Below, in pieces: positions 9,937-18,763 of a stretch of 64,000 nucleotides of DNA (positions are counted from its first letter, which is position 1; every line of letters begins with the position of its first letter). The DNA lies in NCBI GenBank assembly GCA_045105235.1, contig JBGCDH010000011.1, positions 64,894 through 128,893 of the forward strand, in the 5' to 3' direction. Under the pieces are notes generated by a model that worked only from the letters and a program-made list of their open reading frames with translations, was not told the DNA's origin and did no database searches. Origin of the DNA: Planctomycetota bacterium (GTDB taxonomy: Bacteria; Planctomycetota; UBA1135; UBA2386). The position numbers and the translations under genes are program-made.

Positions 9937-10269
9937 ATGAGCGACATCAGCGATCAGCAGTTTCTCCAGGAGGCCGACCGTCTGATGCAGGCCTTGCTGG
10001 CACGCCTCGACGAATTTGACCCAGATGAGCTGGAGGCCGACTCGGCGGCCGGCGTCATCAAGATGGCTTTTGCGGACCGCAGTGTATGCGTCCTCAACCG
10101 CCAAACGGCTGCGCACCAAATCTGGCTCGCCGTAGGCGCCACGGCATGGCACTTCGAAAAGGACCCGTCGGGCGTCTGGATGGATACGAAAGAACGGGGC
10201 CCACTCGCGGACGTGCTCGGCGAGATTCTGACCAGCAAGCTGGGGCGCGCTATCGAGCTCGCCTTCTAG
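9937..10269 (+). CDS. cyaY: Frataxin-like iron-sulfur cluster assembly protein CyaY
   Basis: 110 aa. FLQEADRLMQALLARLDEFD..., VCVLNRQTAAHQIWLA...GATAWHF...W is the typical CyaY/frataxin layout. Confidence 0.8.
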   Translation: MSDISDQQFLQEADRLMQALLARLDEFDPDELEADSAAGVIKMAFADRSVCVLNRQTAAHQIWLAVGATAWHFEKDPSGVWMDTKERGPLADVLGEILTSKLGRAIELAF

Positions 10270-10271
10270 AT

Positions 10272-11669
10272 CTAGCCCGCGTCGCGCGCCGCCAACTCGT
10301 CCTCAGGCGCTCGACGGCCGGCCGCAAGCGGAAAGCGCATGCGGAAAGTCGTGCCGCGCCCGGCCTCACTTTCGACCTGGATCGTGCCGCTGCTGGCTCG
10401 CACGAAGCGCTCCACCGCGACAAGCCCGAGCCCGGTGCCTTGACCCGCGGGCTTGGTCGTGAAGTAGGGATCGAAGATGCGCGCACGCGTTTCTTCGGAC
10501 ATCCCGGCCCCCGAATCGGCAACCTCCACCCAAACGTGGTGGCTGTCGCTGCCACAGCGCAACGAGATCACGCCGTCGTTCTCAATCGCTTGCTTGGCGT
10601 TGATCACGAGGTTCCACAACACGTGCGCCAAGCCGTCCGGATTGAGCAACGCACCCGACGAAATGTCGTCGGAAATTTCACAGCGTAAGTCGATGCACTG
10701 GGGCAGCACGATACGCGCCTGCTCCTGAAACTCGCGCAGCAGATCGGCAAGCTCACACGAGATCGTGGTGCCGTCATCCGGGTGCGCCATGCGCATCAGC
10801 TGATCGAGCAGCGGCACAGACTGATCAAGAGTCTGCTCGATCGCGAGCAAGCGGCGTTCGCGATCTTCTTCGTCAGAGGTCCGCGCAAGCATCGTATGGC
10901 CCTGAAGAACCTGAAACGCGTTGCGCAACTGGTGGCAGACCATGGTCGCCAAATCCCCAATCGTCTCTACGCGCAGCGCATGACGCAGCAAACGCTCGCG
11001 ATGGCGCAGCGCGCGGACGGCCTCAAAGTTTTTGCGTCGCTGCGACTCCGACGCCGCCAACAGCATGAACACGAGCCGGTTGAGGATGGCTCCCGCCAAT
11101 GCCGAAGCCAGCGTCAGCGCCGCGAGAGACACGGCGTGGTTCCATGCATGTGGCAACGCGTCCAGCGACGCGTCGACGCCAACAAGCGGCACCAAAAGCA
11201 GCACCCCAACGGCGCCGAGCGTCATCAACAAACCTGCGATCACACCAAGACAAGTGGTCGCGAGCAGTGCCAACAACGGGTGCAGGTAATAGGCCGGGCT
11301 AAGCGCGCCGCGCGGCCAATTGGACAGCACCGTGAAGGTAAACATTGCAAAGAACAGCACGGTCGCTGCGCGGTGCAAATGTTGGTGGCGCCACTGCCAC
11401 CACGCCAAAAAGCAAAGCGGACCGGCGATCAGTCCCGGCAGTGCGCCAGACCAAGAGAGCTTCGCCGTCCAAAGCCCGTCAGCGCCAAACTGGACCAAGC
11501 AAAGTGCTGCGTAGCCAAGCGCCGCGATAGAAAACGCGAGCGACAGCCAGCCGATCAACAGCGATAGGCTGGACACGACAGGCAGCCGGGTGCTGGCTAG
11601 GTAGCCGAACAGCGACTGCTCGGATAGCTGGACCGGAGCACGCACGTTACGCCGCATCATAGACGGCAA
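10272..11669 (-). CDS. Membrane-bound sensor histidine kinase
   Basis: About six N-terminal TM helices. H-box-like CHQLRNAFQVL. The HATPase_c motifs are N-box NLVINAKQA, DSGAGM, and FTTKPAGQGTGLGL. Confidence 0.8.
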   Translation of the reverse strand: MPSMMRRNVRAPVQLSEQSLFGYLASTRLPVVSSLSLLIGWLSLAFSIAALGYAALCLVQFGADGLWTAKLSWSGALPGLIAGPLCFLAWWQWRHQHLHRAATVLFFAMFTFTVLSNWPRGALSPAYYLHPLLALLATTCLGVIAGLLMTLGAVGVLLLVPLVGVDASLDALPHAWNHAVSLAALTLASALAGAILNRLVFMLLAASESQRRKNFEAVRALRHRERLLRHALRVETIGDLATMVCHQLRNAFQVLQGHTMLARTSDEEDRERRLLAIEQTLDQSVPLLDQLMRMAHPDDGTTISCELADLLREFQEQARIVLPQCIDLRCEISDDISSGALLNPDGLAHVLWNLVINAKQAIENDGVISLRCGSDSHHVWVEVADSGAGMSEETRARIFDPYFTTKPAGQGTGLGLVAVERFVRASSGTIQVESEAGRGTTFRMRFPLAAGRRAPEDELAARDAG

Positions 11670-11711
11670 GGTCCGCCGAAATCGCTTGTTCCCGAGCGAG
11701 GAGCTCCTTTC

Positions 11712-12365
11712 TTAGGAGGCTTCCGGGTTTGGCTGTAGCTCACCTTCCGCAGGCTCTGCTTCGATGCGCAGGTAGTGACCTAAGATCGGGTGTCGGAATG
11801 TTACACACCACGAGTGCAGCATGACACGCGGATGACTTTCACCGGCTCGAGCCCGGTAGCCATACTTGCGATCTCCAGCGATCGGGCAGCCCAAAGCGGC
11901 CAAGTGTGCCCGGATCTGATTGCGACGACCCGTCTCTAGTCGGCAACGCACCAGCGCCGTCCGCCGGTCACGCCTCATTGTTTCATAATGAGTGACCGCG
12001 CGCTTCCCACCCCGCCGCACCACCCGAACAATGCCATCCGAGCCTTCCAGAAGCTGACTCTCCAAGCATCCGGAAGCCGGCGACGGCACGGACGTGCAGA
12101 GCGCCAAGTAGTCCCGCTCGATCGAATGGGCGCGAAACATCGTGTCGAGGGCAGCTTTGGCCGCCTCGTCAAGCGCATAGAGCAAGCAGCCTGTCGTCTC
12201 TTCATCAATTCGATGAACGGCATGCACGGGACGATGCAGCTGACGCTGCAAGACGTCACCTACGGTCGCGCCGGTGCGACCGGGAGCCGGCACCACGAGC
12301 ATGCCGGCGGGCTTGTTGACGACCACAAGGTGTTCGTCTTCGTGCAGTAGCACCAGTTCACGCAT
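11712..12365 (-). CDS. RluA-family pseudouridine synthase (no S4 domain)
   Basis: VVVNKPAGMLVVP, HRIDEETTGCLLYA (catalytic Asp motif), LETGRRNQIRAHLA. Confidence 0.85.
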   Translation of the reverse strand: MRELVLLHEDEHLVVVNKPAGMLVVPAPGRTGATVGDVLQRQLHRPVHAVHRIDEETTGCLLYALDEAAKAALDTMFRAHSIERDYLALCTSVPSPASGCLESQLLEGSDGIVRVVRRGGKRAVTHYETMRRDRRTALVRCRLETGRRNQIRAHLAALGCPIAGDRKYGYRARAGESHPRVMLHSWCVTFRHPILGHYLRIEAEPAEGELQPNPEAS

Positions 12366-12415
12366 CGCCGCACGATAGCGCGAGGGTGCCGCGTTCGGCG
12401 ACGACCCCGTTCAGA

Positions 12416-13777
12416 TCAGTGCAGCCGGAGGTCGTACTGCTGAATCTTGCGATAGAGCGTGGCCCGGCCGATGCCCAGCAGCTGCGCAGCGCGGCGCACG
12501 TTGCCCTTGGTAGCCTGAAGCGCGCGGCCAAGGAGGAACTTCTCCTCTTCCTCGAACGGGCGAATCGACTCTTCGGTCAACTCAACGGTCTCCGCAACCA
12601 CATTGCCCGTCGTCGAAGCAGCCGCCGCGTTGGGCACCTGCGAAGCCGCAGGTGCCATTAGGTGCTCCCGGTCAATCGCAGCACCACCGGCGAGCATTTG
12701 GCCCCGACGAATCGTCGCCTCAAGCTGCGCGATATGGCCGGGCCACTGCATGCTCTCCAGCAGCATCCGCGCAGCCGGCGTAAACCCCTGGTGATTGCGC
12801 CCCGACGCCGGCACGCCCGAATCGAGGATCGAGTCCGCCAGCATCTGGATGTCGTCGACTCGCTCATTGAGCCCCGGCACCATGACCGGGAACGCATGCA
12901 GTCGATAGAAGAGATCTTCTCGGAACGAGCCGCGTGCCACCAGCTCGGGAACATGCGCCGAAGTCGTCGCGATCAACCTCGTGAGGCTTGGTGCTCGCGA
13001 CGTCGAACGTTCTTTGAGGTGCTTGACGAGCACGGTCTGTGCGGCGGCCGGCAATTGGTCAACAGACTCGAGCACAAGCGTCGTAGCGGCACAGTCCATG
13101 AGCTTGCGGGTCAGCTCATCGCCCGAGAGTGTTGCACAATCGTGCACGGCGATTTCGCGCTCCGAGCGGCGGCTCTTGAGGTGGATGGCGCGCGCCGCGA
13201 GCGACTTCCCCGAGCCGACCGGGCCTTCGATCAGCACCGTCGCGTCGCAATCCGCGGCGCGTGACACGGCGCTGTTGAGGCGTCGCATCGGCGGCGTAGC
13301 GCCGACCATTGCGTCGCCCGTGCGGATTCCCTCGACGATGGCCTCGAGCTGCTGGACTCGATCGATCTGCATCGACAGGTTGACGCCCATTTCGGCGAGC
13401 ACGTTGGCGAAGCCGCTTGCGGATTCGAGGCTGTCATCTACGCAGATGACAGGCTGCCCAATGCGATCCGGCACGTCACTTCGAACGTCTTCGTCGCAGA
13501 GGACGAGATCAAACGTCCCGGCACCTTCGCGCTGCTCAAACTGCTGCCAGGTGTCGAAGTAGATTGCTTCGTGCCGACCACGCTCGATTTCCGAGATGAA
13601 GTCGGAGCCGCGGACGGAAACTAGCGCGACACGCGCCGAAGTGCGCGTCACGTTCTCTTTGCCAATGAGTGCGATCGTCATGCCTTGTCCCAACAAGGGA
13701 TCGGCATTCCACACGGCACCGGTAAAGCCCGGTCGGCTTCGAAATGCTACGCACGCCTGAGAGTCCGCGACGTTCAC
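12416..13777 (-). CDS. NtrC-family AAA+/Fis-HTH transcriptional regulator with degenerate receiver, no GAFTGA loop and atypical Walker B
   Basis: Walker A GPVGSGKS, FREDLFYRL, and a C-terminal GNVRRAAQLLGIGRATLYRKI HTH. Between CATLSGDEL and TLVLESVDQL there is no GAFTGA segment. The probable real start is MTIALIGK at 13681. Confidence 0.8.
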   Translation of the reverse strand: MNVADSQACVAFRSRPGFTGAVWNADPLLGQGMTIALIGKENVTRTSARVALVSVRGSDFISEIERGRHEAIYFDTWQQFEQREGAGTFDLVLCDEDVRSDVPDRIGQPVICVDDSLESASGFANVLAEMGVNLSMQIDRVQQLEAIVEGIRTGDAMVGATPPMRRLNSAVSRAADCDATVLIEGPVGSGKSLAARAIHLKSRRSEREIAVHDCATLSGDELTRKLMDCAATTLVLESVDQLPAAAQTVLVKHLKERSTSRAPSLTRLIATTSAHVPELVARGSFREDLFYRLHAFPVMVPGLNERVDDIQMLADSILDSGVPASGRNHQGFTPAARMLLESMQWPGHIAQLEATIRRGQMLAGGAAIDREHLMAPAASQVPNAAAASTTGNVVAETVELTEESIRPFEEEEKFLLGRALQATKGNVRRAAQLLGIGRATLYRKIQQYDLRLH

Positions 13778-13830
13778 GGCCGTGTGACTGCGGCCGCAAG
13801 GTCGACTCAGCTCTCTGTGAGAGCCGCGCC

Positions 13831-14244
13831 TCAGTCGTCCGCAAGTCGCCGGGAAAGCTCGTCGAAGTCGATCGTCTCGACTTCGGTCTTCGTGATCGGA
13901 GCCATCTTTCGGAACTTGCGATACTCCTCGATGCTAGTCAGCTCGACGTAGTCGCGCGCTGTCATGCCATGAAGAGACTTGCGAGGTGCCGTCTTTCCAG
14001 ACGACGTCTTGTCGAGTGTTTTCCTTGCCCGATGACAAATTGAGAGGGTGTTCTCTAGGTTTCCGCGGATCTTGTGAAGGCGTTCTCCGTCAGCTCCAGG
14101 AGCATCCATGCTCTTGTTGATTTTGGCGATCGCCACTTCGAGAACTGCGATGAGGCAGTTCAGCTTGGTGGCGAGGCGAGTGCGATACTCGCTAGATCCG
14201 AGAGCTTCGGGAAGCTTACGACTGTCGTTTCGTTCGGCGTCCAT
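13831..14244 (-). CDS. Hypothetical 137-aa protein (no recognisable family), lower GC than its neighbours
   Basis: The ORF has sensible composition and lies downstream of a -24/-12 type promoter match. No motif recognised. Confidence 0.5.
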   Translation of the reverse strand: MDAERNDSRKLPEALGSSEYRTRLATKLNCLIAVLEVAIAKINKSMDAPGADGERLHKIRGNLENTLSICHRARKTLDKTSSGKTAPRKSLHGMTARDYVELTSIEEYRKFRKMAPITKTEVETIDFDELSRRLADD

Positions 14245-14274
14245 ACGTTCGTGACTGAGGTCATGTCGAACGAA

Positions 14275-14290
14275 GCATCAGAGGTGCCAG
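14275..14290 (-). promoter_or_regulatory. Candidate sigma-54 (-24/-12) promoter
   Basis: The minus strand reads CTGGCAC-CTCTG-ATGC. This matches the consensus YTGGCAC-N5-TTGC with exact spacing. The -12 GC lies about 30 nt upstream of the ATG at 14244. Confidence 0.45.
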
Positions 14291-14484
14291 GCGGCGTTGC
14301 TCTGCGAATCACCGATGGCAGCGAACCCAGCGTGCGACTGCAGCCATTCTCAAAGGTGGACCGTCGGATCCGCGCAACGCAGACCGTCGCATTGCCCAGA
14401 CAGCGTTGCAGATGCGCGACCGTGAGCCCGATGAGAGCACCCGCCCCTCGGGCAGAGCTCTATCCATCGCTATGGACCCATTCC

Positions 14485-15579
14485 CTACTGGCTCAGCGCC
14501 TGCAGAAATACGACCCGCGCCAGCGCGTCGAGGCGCCGAAGTGAGCCGCGCCCAGCCACATGAAAGGTGACGTTGTCATCCCAGAAGACCAGCGCGCTTA
14601 CAGCCGGGTCGCGGAAGCGCGCAATCGTGTTGCCGCCAGCCGTTTCGTTGGGCATGCCATCAAACGGATCCAGACTGTTGATGTTCTGCACGACGAAGAA
14701 CTGATCGATACCGTCCCCGTAGACCATCACCAGCTTCTGCTGACCGTTGATCGGGTCGTCGTGCACTTCGATGCGCTCGGCGACGTAGTCGGGCATCCCA
14801 GTGACATTGGGGTCAATTACCGAACTGGCCAAACCGAGATGCTGCAGCGCAGTGCCGTAGTCCGGCATCGGCGTGATGATGTTGGTCGAGTGCATCGGCG
14901 CAAACGTCTGCACCGTGTCCGAAAACGACGTCGTCTCAATCTCGGCATGCACGATGAGTCGACTGTCGAGCTCCGCCACATAGAGCGGAACACTCGTCAG
15001 CGAGTCCACATCCACCACCCAGATGGCCTTGTCCAAAGTGCCAGGGAAGATGACCAGGCGCTGTGCGGCGCGGCCTGCCCGCACAACGGGACCGAAGTCG
15101 TGGAGGGTGTAGTTGTTTTGTGCCTGCGTCAGATCACGGATCGAAAACGAGCCGTGCCGGAAGAACAGGCGCGCATAGCGATCGTAGTTTTGCTGCCAGT
15201 CCTGCCAAAGAGCCGAGCCCGTGGGCTCCCCCTGCACACCGACGAAGCTCAGAGAGAAAGCCGGCTGCGCAGAGCCATTGGCCTGCACCTGCAGATGCTC
15301 ACTCGTCGTCACCACGGTGCCGTCGGGCTGACGGAATCGTCGCAGCTGGTTCGCAGTGTAATCTTGCGTTCGCACCGCCTGCGACATCGAGGCGAATGTC
15401 GGCACGGTCTGACCACCGACCCGACTCGTGCTAGGCGAACTCGTCCCGCCGCTTGATGACGTTGCCTTTTGTGCAACGACCGACCTCGTGAGGCCTGCTA
15501 CACACAACAAGCACGCGACAGCCACAGCAAACACGCTGCCGCGCGAAAGACTGCAAGAAGACATGATCGGTTTGTGCAC
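14485..15579 (-). CDS. Secreted hypothetical protein; possible MucB/RseB-like third gene of the ECF sigma operon (assigned by position only)
   Basis: N-terminal signal peptide (VFAVAVACLLCVAGL...AQ). It lies immediately downstream of the sigma and anti-sigma genes on the same strand. Confidence 0.45.
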   Translation of the reverse strand: MHKPIMSSCSLSRGSVFAVAVACLLCVAGLTRSVVAQKATSSSGGTSSPSTSRVGGQTVPTFASMSQAVRTQDYTANQLRRFRQPDGTVVTTSEHLQVQANGSAQPAFSLSFVGVQGEPTGSALWQDWQQNYDRYARLFFRHGSFSIRDLTQAQNNYTLHDFGPVVRAGRAAQRLVIFPGTLDKAIWVVDVDSLTSVPLYVAELDSRLIVHAEIETTSFSDTVQTFAPMHSTNIITPMPDYGTALQHLGLASSVIDPNVTGMPDYVAERIEVHDDPINGQQKLVMVYGDGIDQFFVVQNINSLDPFDGMPNETAGGNTIARFRDPAVSALVFWDDNVTFHVAGRGSLRRLDALARVVFLQALSQ

Positions 15580-15644
15580 GGGACTGAGAACGAGGAGGAC
15601 GTAAGCGTAACGGAAGACGATCTGGAGAGGACCGGGGAGCGAGA

Positions 15645-16505
15645 CTATCTACCCCGCCGCTTCTTCTTGCCGCTGGACGAGTCGAGCTGGGCGAGACCCG
15701 CGCCATACCGAGTGAAGACGAAGTCCACCTTGGGTGGCCCATCGAGATCCGCGAAGACGATTTCGGGCGTAGGCTTTGTCGTCGCTGCAGGCTGCCGGAA
15801 CTGCATCCAGACAACGAAGGCCGACGCGGCCGCACCAACAAACACAAAGCGCCAACCAGCAACCGCGGAGCGGGATCGAACGGATCCCGCAGCGCGAAGG
15901 CGTTCGGCCCGCTCGGCGGCCACACCGTCTAGAATCGACTGACCCATCTTGGACCAGACGGCATCATCCGGCTGCGGCACCGTGTTGATCAGGTCGCGAA
16001 TGCGCGGGTCCGGTGCGTCGCCATCACGACCACGGTTCTCCGAATGCAAACCGGCCTCGGCCATGCGGTCTTGCTGTGCCCTGGCATCGCCGGCCTTCAG
16101 ATCGTTGGCATTCAGATCGTTGGCATTCAGATCATCGGCCCTGCGAAGCGCGCCGGCCAAAGCACCGTCCAACGCAGCATGGTCGGACAGTTGGCCAGAC
16201 TTGGAGCCGTGCTCCAGCCACTTGCCAACCGGCCCCTGCTCGGACGCTTCGGACGCACGCTCGTAGATGCTCTCAAGCATGCCCGCATCTGTATGCAGCG
16301 AGCCGGCCCGCTGCTCTTGGGGACGCTGCCGGCATTCGGCAGCCAGTAGCGCCGCGGCACGCAATCGAGCAACACAGAAAGCACAGTCGTCTACGTGCGA
16401 TTGCTGCTCGGTCGCAAGCGGCTTGCCACTCAGGCTGGACGCTAGCGCATCTGCGAAGATGCGCCGACAATCCGGCCCTCTAGAAGGTGCTTCAAAAGGC
16501 TTCAT
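15645..16505 (-). CDS. Anti-sigma factor (zf-HC2 type) with one TM helix
   Basis: H-x3-C-x2-C motif (HVDDCAFC) near the N-terminus and a TM segment WRFVFVGAAASAFVVW. Its start overlaps the sigma gene stop at 16502-16505. Confidence 0.7.
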   Translation of the reverse strand: MKPFEAPSRGPDCRRIFADALASSLSGKPLATEQQSHVDDCAFCVARLRAAALLAAECRQRPQEQRAGSLHTDAGMLESIYERASEASEQGPVGKWLEHGSKSGQLSDHAALDGALAGALRRADDLNANDLNANDLKAGDARAQQDRMAEAGLHSENRGRDGDAPDPRIRDLINTVPQPDDAVWSKMGQSILDGVAAERAERLRAAGSVRSRSAVAGWRFVFVGAAASAFVVWMQFRQPAATTKPTPEIVFADLDGPPKVDFVFTRYGAGLAQLDSSSGKKKRRGR

Positions 16506-17155
16506 ACGGCACCCCCAAAGGAAGCGCTGGCCGCGTCGCCCGAGCCGTCCTCGTTTAGCTTGCGGCTGATATCGAGGTGAGGGAATCGGGAGCGAACTAC
16601 GTGTTCGAGAGCGAGGTGGGCACGCGCCATGCGTGATTTGACGGTTCCCAGCGACAGGTCGAGCGTCGCGGCCAGTTCTTCGTAGGACATCTCCTCCAGG
16701 TAGCGCAGCGCCAGAATGCTGCGCAGCTTCGGGCTCAGGAGGGAGATCGCTTCCTGAACCTGGTCACCGACTTCGAGAAGTTCGGCGGAATCGCGGGGCC
16801 CCAGGCTGTCGTCTTCGACCTGGGTCGCCTGTTCATCTTCGACCACGAGGGATGGACCTCGGCCAGAGCGCGACTTACGGCGGAAGTCGATGCTGCAGTT
16901 GACGACGATCCGAAACAGCCACGTGCTGAACAGCGAATTGCCGCGGAAGCCACCGAGCTTGCGGAACACCAGGGCAAAGCTGTCCTGAACAATGTCCAGC
17001 GCGTCGGGCTGATTGCCGGCGATCCGGAAGGCAATCGCAAAGACGCGCTCGCGATAGCGGTGGAACAGGACCTCGAATGCGTCCTGAAAACCGTCCCCGT
17101 CGGGGTTCCGACAGGTAGCAATCAGCTCGGCATCGGGATCACGCAACAATTCCAC
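16502..17155 (-). CDS. ECF (sigma-70 family group IV) RNA polymerase sigma factor; start taken at GTG 17155 (track ORF reaches TTG 17269)
   Basis: Region 2 is FEVLFHRYRERVFAIAFRIAGNQPDALDIVQDSF...FSTWLFRIVVNCSIDFRR. Region 4 is LRYLEEMSYEELAATLDLSLGTVKSRMARA. Confidence 0.85.
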   Translation of the reverse strand: MELLRDPDAELIATCRNPDGDGFQDAFEVLFHRYRERVFAIAFRIAGNQPDALDIVQDSFALVFRKLGGFRGNSLFSTWLFRIVVNCSIDFRRKSRSGRGPSLVVEDEQATQVEDDSLGPRDSAELLEVGDQVQEAISLLSPKLRSILALRYLEEMSYEELAATLDLSLGTVKSRMARAHLALEHVVRSRFPHLDISRKLNEDGSGDAASASFGGAV

Positions 17156-17369
17156 GGTATTGAGACGACCGCCCGAGGGCCCGAGGTTCCGTCGGTTGTC
17201 GGAGATTTGGGCTAGGGTGTCGGTAAATCGGCCACTCGCCGCGACTCGTCCCCCGCGAGACGGCGCCAAGGGACAAGCCTAGGCTGCATGCATTCGTCCC
17301 GAAGTATTTCCGTGACCACGGCTTTGACGATTGGCTGACTTGCATCTTGCTGGCCGCTGAGCGCCCCTC

Positions 17370-17423
17370 CTGGCCGCCGAGCATTTACTGGCCGCCAAGC
17401 ATTTACTGGCCGCCAAGCATTTC
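17370..17423. repeat. 18-bp tandem repeat x3 (plus a degenerate fourth copy at 17350-17369) spanning the stop codon of the 17403-18332 gene
   Basis: Plus-strand units ctggccgccgagcattta / ctggccgccaagcattta / ctggccgccaagcatttc. On the minus strand each unit reads ATG CTT GGC GGC CAG TAA. Confidence 0.9.
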
Positions 17424-18332
17424 CGTCCCGCCAGGAACCGTGATCGTCCAGCCGACGGAATTGGAGCAATCCGTCGTGCACTCGAGCTCGTTGGCGTCCT
17501 CGCAGTCGGCAGCATCGACCTCGTAGCTCGTTCCTGCAGGGCCCGAGGAGAGTTCCCGGAGGGTGAGAACGCAGACGCGATTGGACTCCGTAACGAGTGG
17601 ATTGAGCAGCGGCACCGGCCGGAGCGCCTGCATCACAAAGCGCTCGTCGCCAAAAGGAACGATCGTGACGATACCGCTCGGGACGCCCACGAGCTTGACT
17701 CCGCTTTGCACGTGACGGCCGCCAACAACGGACTCCGCCCAAAAGGTGCACGGCAACAGCGACGACAGCTCTTGCTCGGATACGAGCGGCACCGACAGCT
17801 GAATGAATATGCCGTGATCGGCGCCGGCGTCACGCTCGCGGTAGATGTGCTCGCCGAGCGACATCAGGCTGAAAGGAATCTTCAGTCCGGGCCACTCCGG
17901 GCGCTCGAACCAGGCCTGAAAGGACTCTACGGCCGTCGCGCCAAAGCCTTCCGCCGGGGAAAGCACGCGGTAGAAGACGTGCAACCAATTGCGTGGGTCT
18001 TGCGAGCCGGGAGCGGGGCCGGTGATGATCAGCCGCATGTCCTGATCGGGCGGCAGCGGCATGTTTTCGTGCCGAGGCATGCCGGCTTCAACCACCTCGA
18101 CGAAGTCGGGGATGCCGTCGGAGTCCGTGTCCGGATTGTTCGCATCGGTCAGCACAACCCACTCCACGACATCCGGCAGGAAGTCGCCATCGGAGTCGAT
18201 CATCGCGCTACGTGACGATCCGCCGGTGCCGCCGCCGCCACTCGCTTGGACAAAACCCGCCGGCTCAAGCCAAGCGAGCAGGCTCGCGGCTACGCCAACG
18301 GTCGCCAGGGTGATGAGGGACTTGCGCTGCAT
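17403..18332 (-). CDS. Secreted protein with thrombospondin type-3-like Ca-binding repeats
   Basis: Signal peptide, then DSDGDFLPDVVE and DTDSDGIPDFVE (DxDxDG-type) motifs. The rest is unrecognised. Confidence 0.6.
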   Translation of the reverse strand: MQRKSLITLATVGVAASLLAWLEPAGFVQASGGGGTGGSSRSAMIDSDGDFLPDVVEWVVLTDANNPDTDSDGIPDFVEVVEAGMPRHENMPLPPDQDMRLIITGPAPGSQDPRNWLHVFYRVLSPAEGFGATAVESFQAWFERPEWPGLKIPFSLMSLGEHIYRERDAGADHGIFIQLSVPLVSEQELSSLLPCTFWAESVVGGRHVQSGVKLVGVPSGIVTIVPFGDERFVMQALRPVPLLNPLVTESNRVCVLTLRELSSGPAGTSYEVDAADCEDANELECTTDCSNSVGWTITVPGGTEMLGGQ

Positions 18333-18686
18333 TAGGGACGCTCGGTTGCTCTCAACATAGGCTTGAGCAGGATGGGGGTTTCACGCAACCGCCTGCATAT
18401 TGAAGCATCCGAATCGCGACCTGACAAGCAGCCAAAGCCCGCCAGTAGGCCGCAAGCCCGCCACGGTCGCTGTTTTGATGGACGGCGACCAGGGAGAAGG
18501 AAGTCGTCGGTTCATTGCGAATTTCTGCCGGATCATTGGGCGATCCGGCGACAAGCTCACGGCAAGATCCTAATACGCACGAGCGCAACATTAGCCCTTG
18601 AGGGGGTCACGGCGGACCGGATCAAGAACGACACAAGTCCCGTCAGCGTTGTGTTTCTCGAGCAGCCTCGATAAGACCGAAGCTGT

Positions 18687-18763
18687 GCGCCCGTAGCTCA
18701 GCTGGATAGAGCGACGGTCTCCGAAGCCGTAGGTCGCAGGTTCGACTCCTGCCGGGCGCGCCA
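18687..18763 (+). tRNA. tRNA-Arg (anticodon CCG), CCA encoded
   Basis: Folds as a cloverleaf: acceptor GCGCCCG/CGGGCGC, D-arm GCTC-AGCTGGATA-GAGC, anticodon stem ACGGT/GCCGT with loop CTCCGAA, T-arm GCAGG-TTCGACT-CCTGC, discriminator G plus CCA. Confidence 0.9.

Noticed and set aside
9548-9940. 130-aa ORF in the moxR-cyaY spacer
   Set aside because: It runs through a 14-bp terminator stem and its T-tract. It has poor codon bias and an implausible Arg/Pro/Ser-rich product. The region is better explained as structured RNA.
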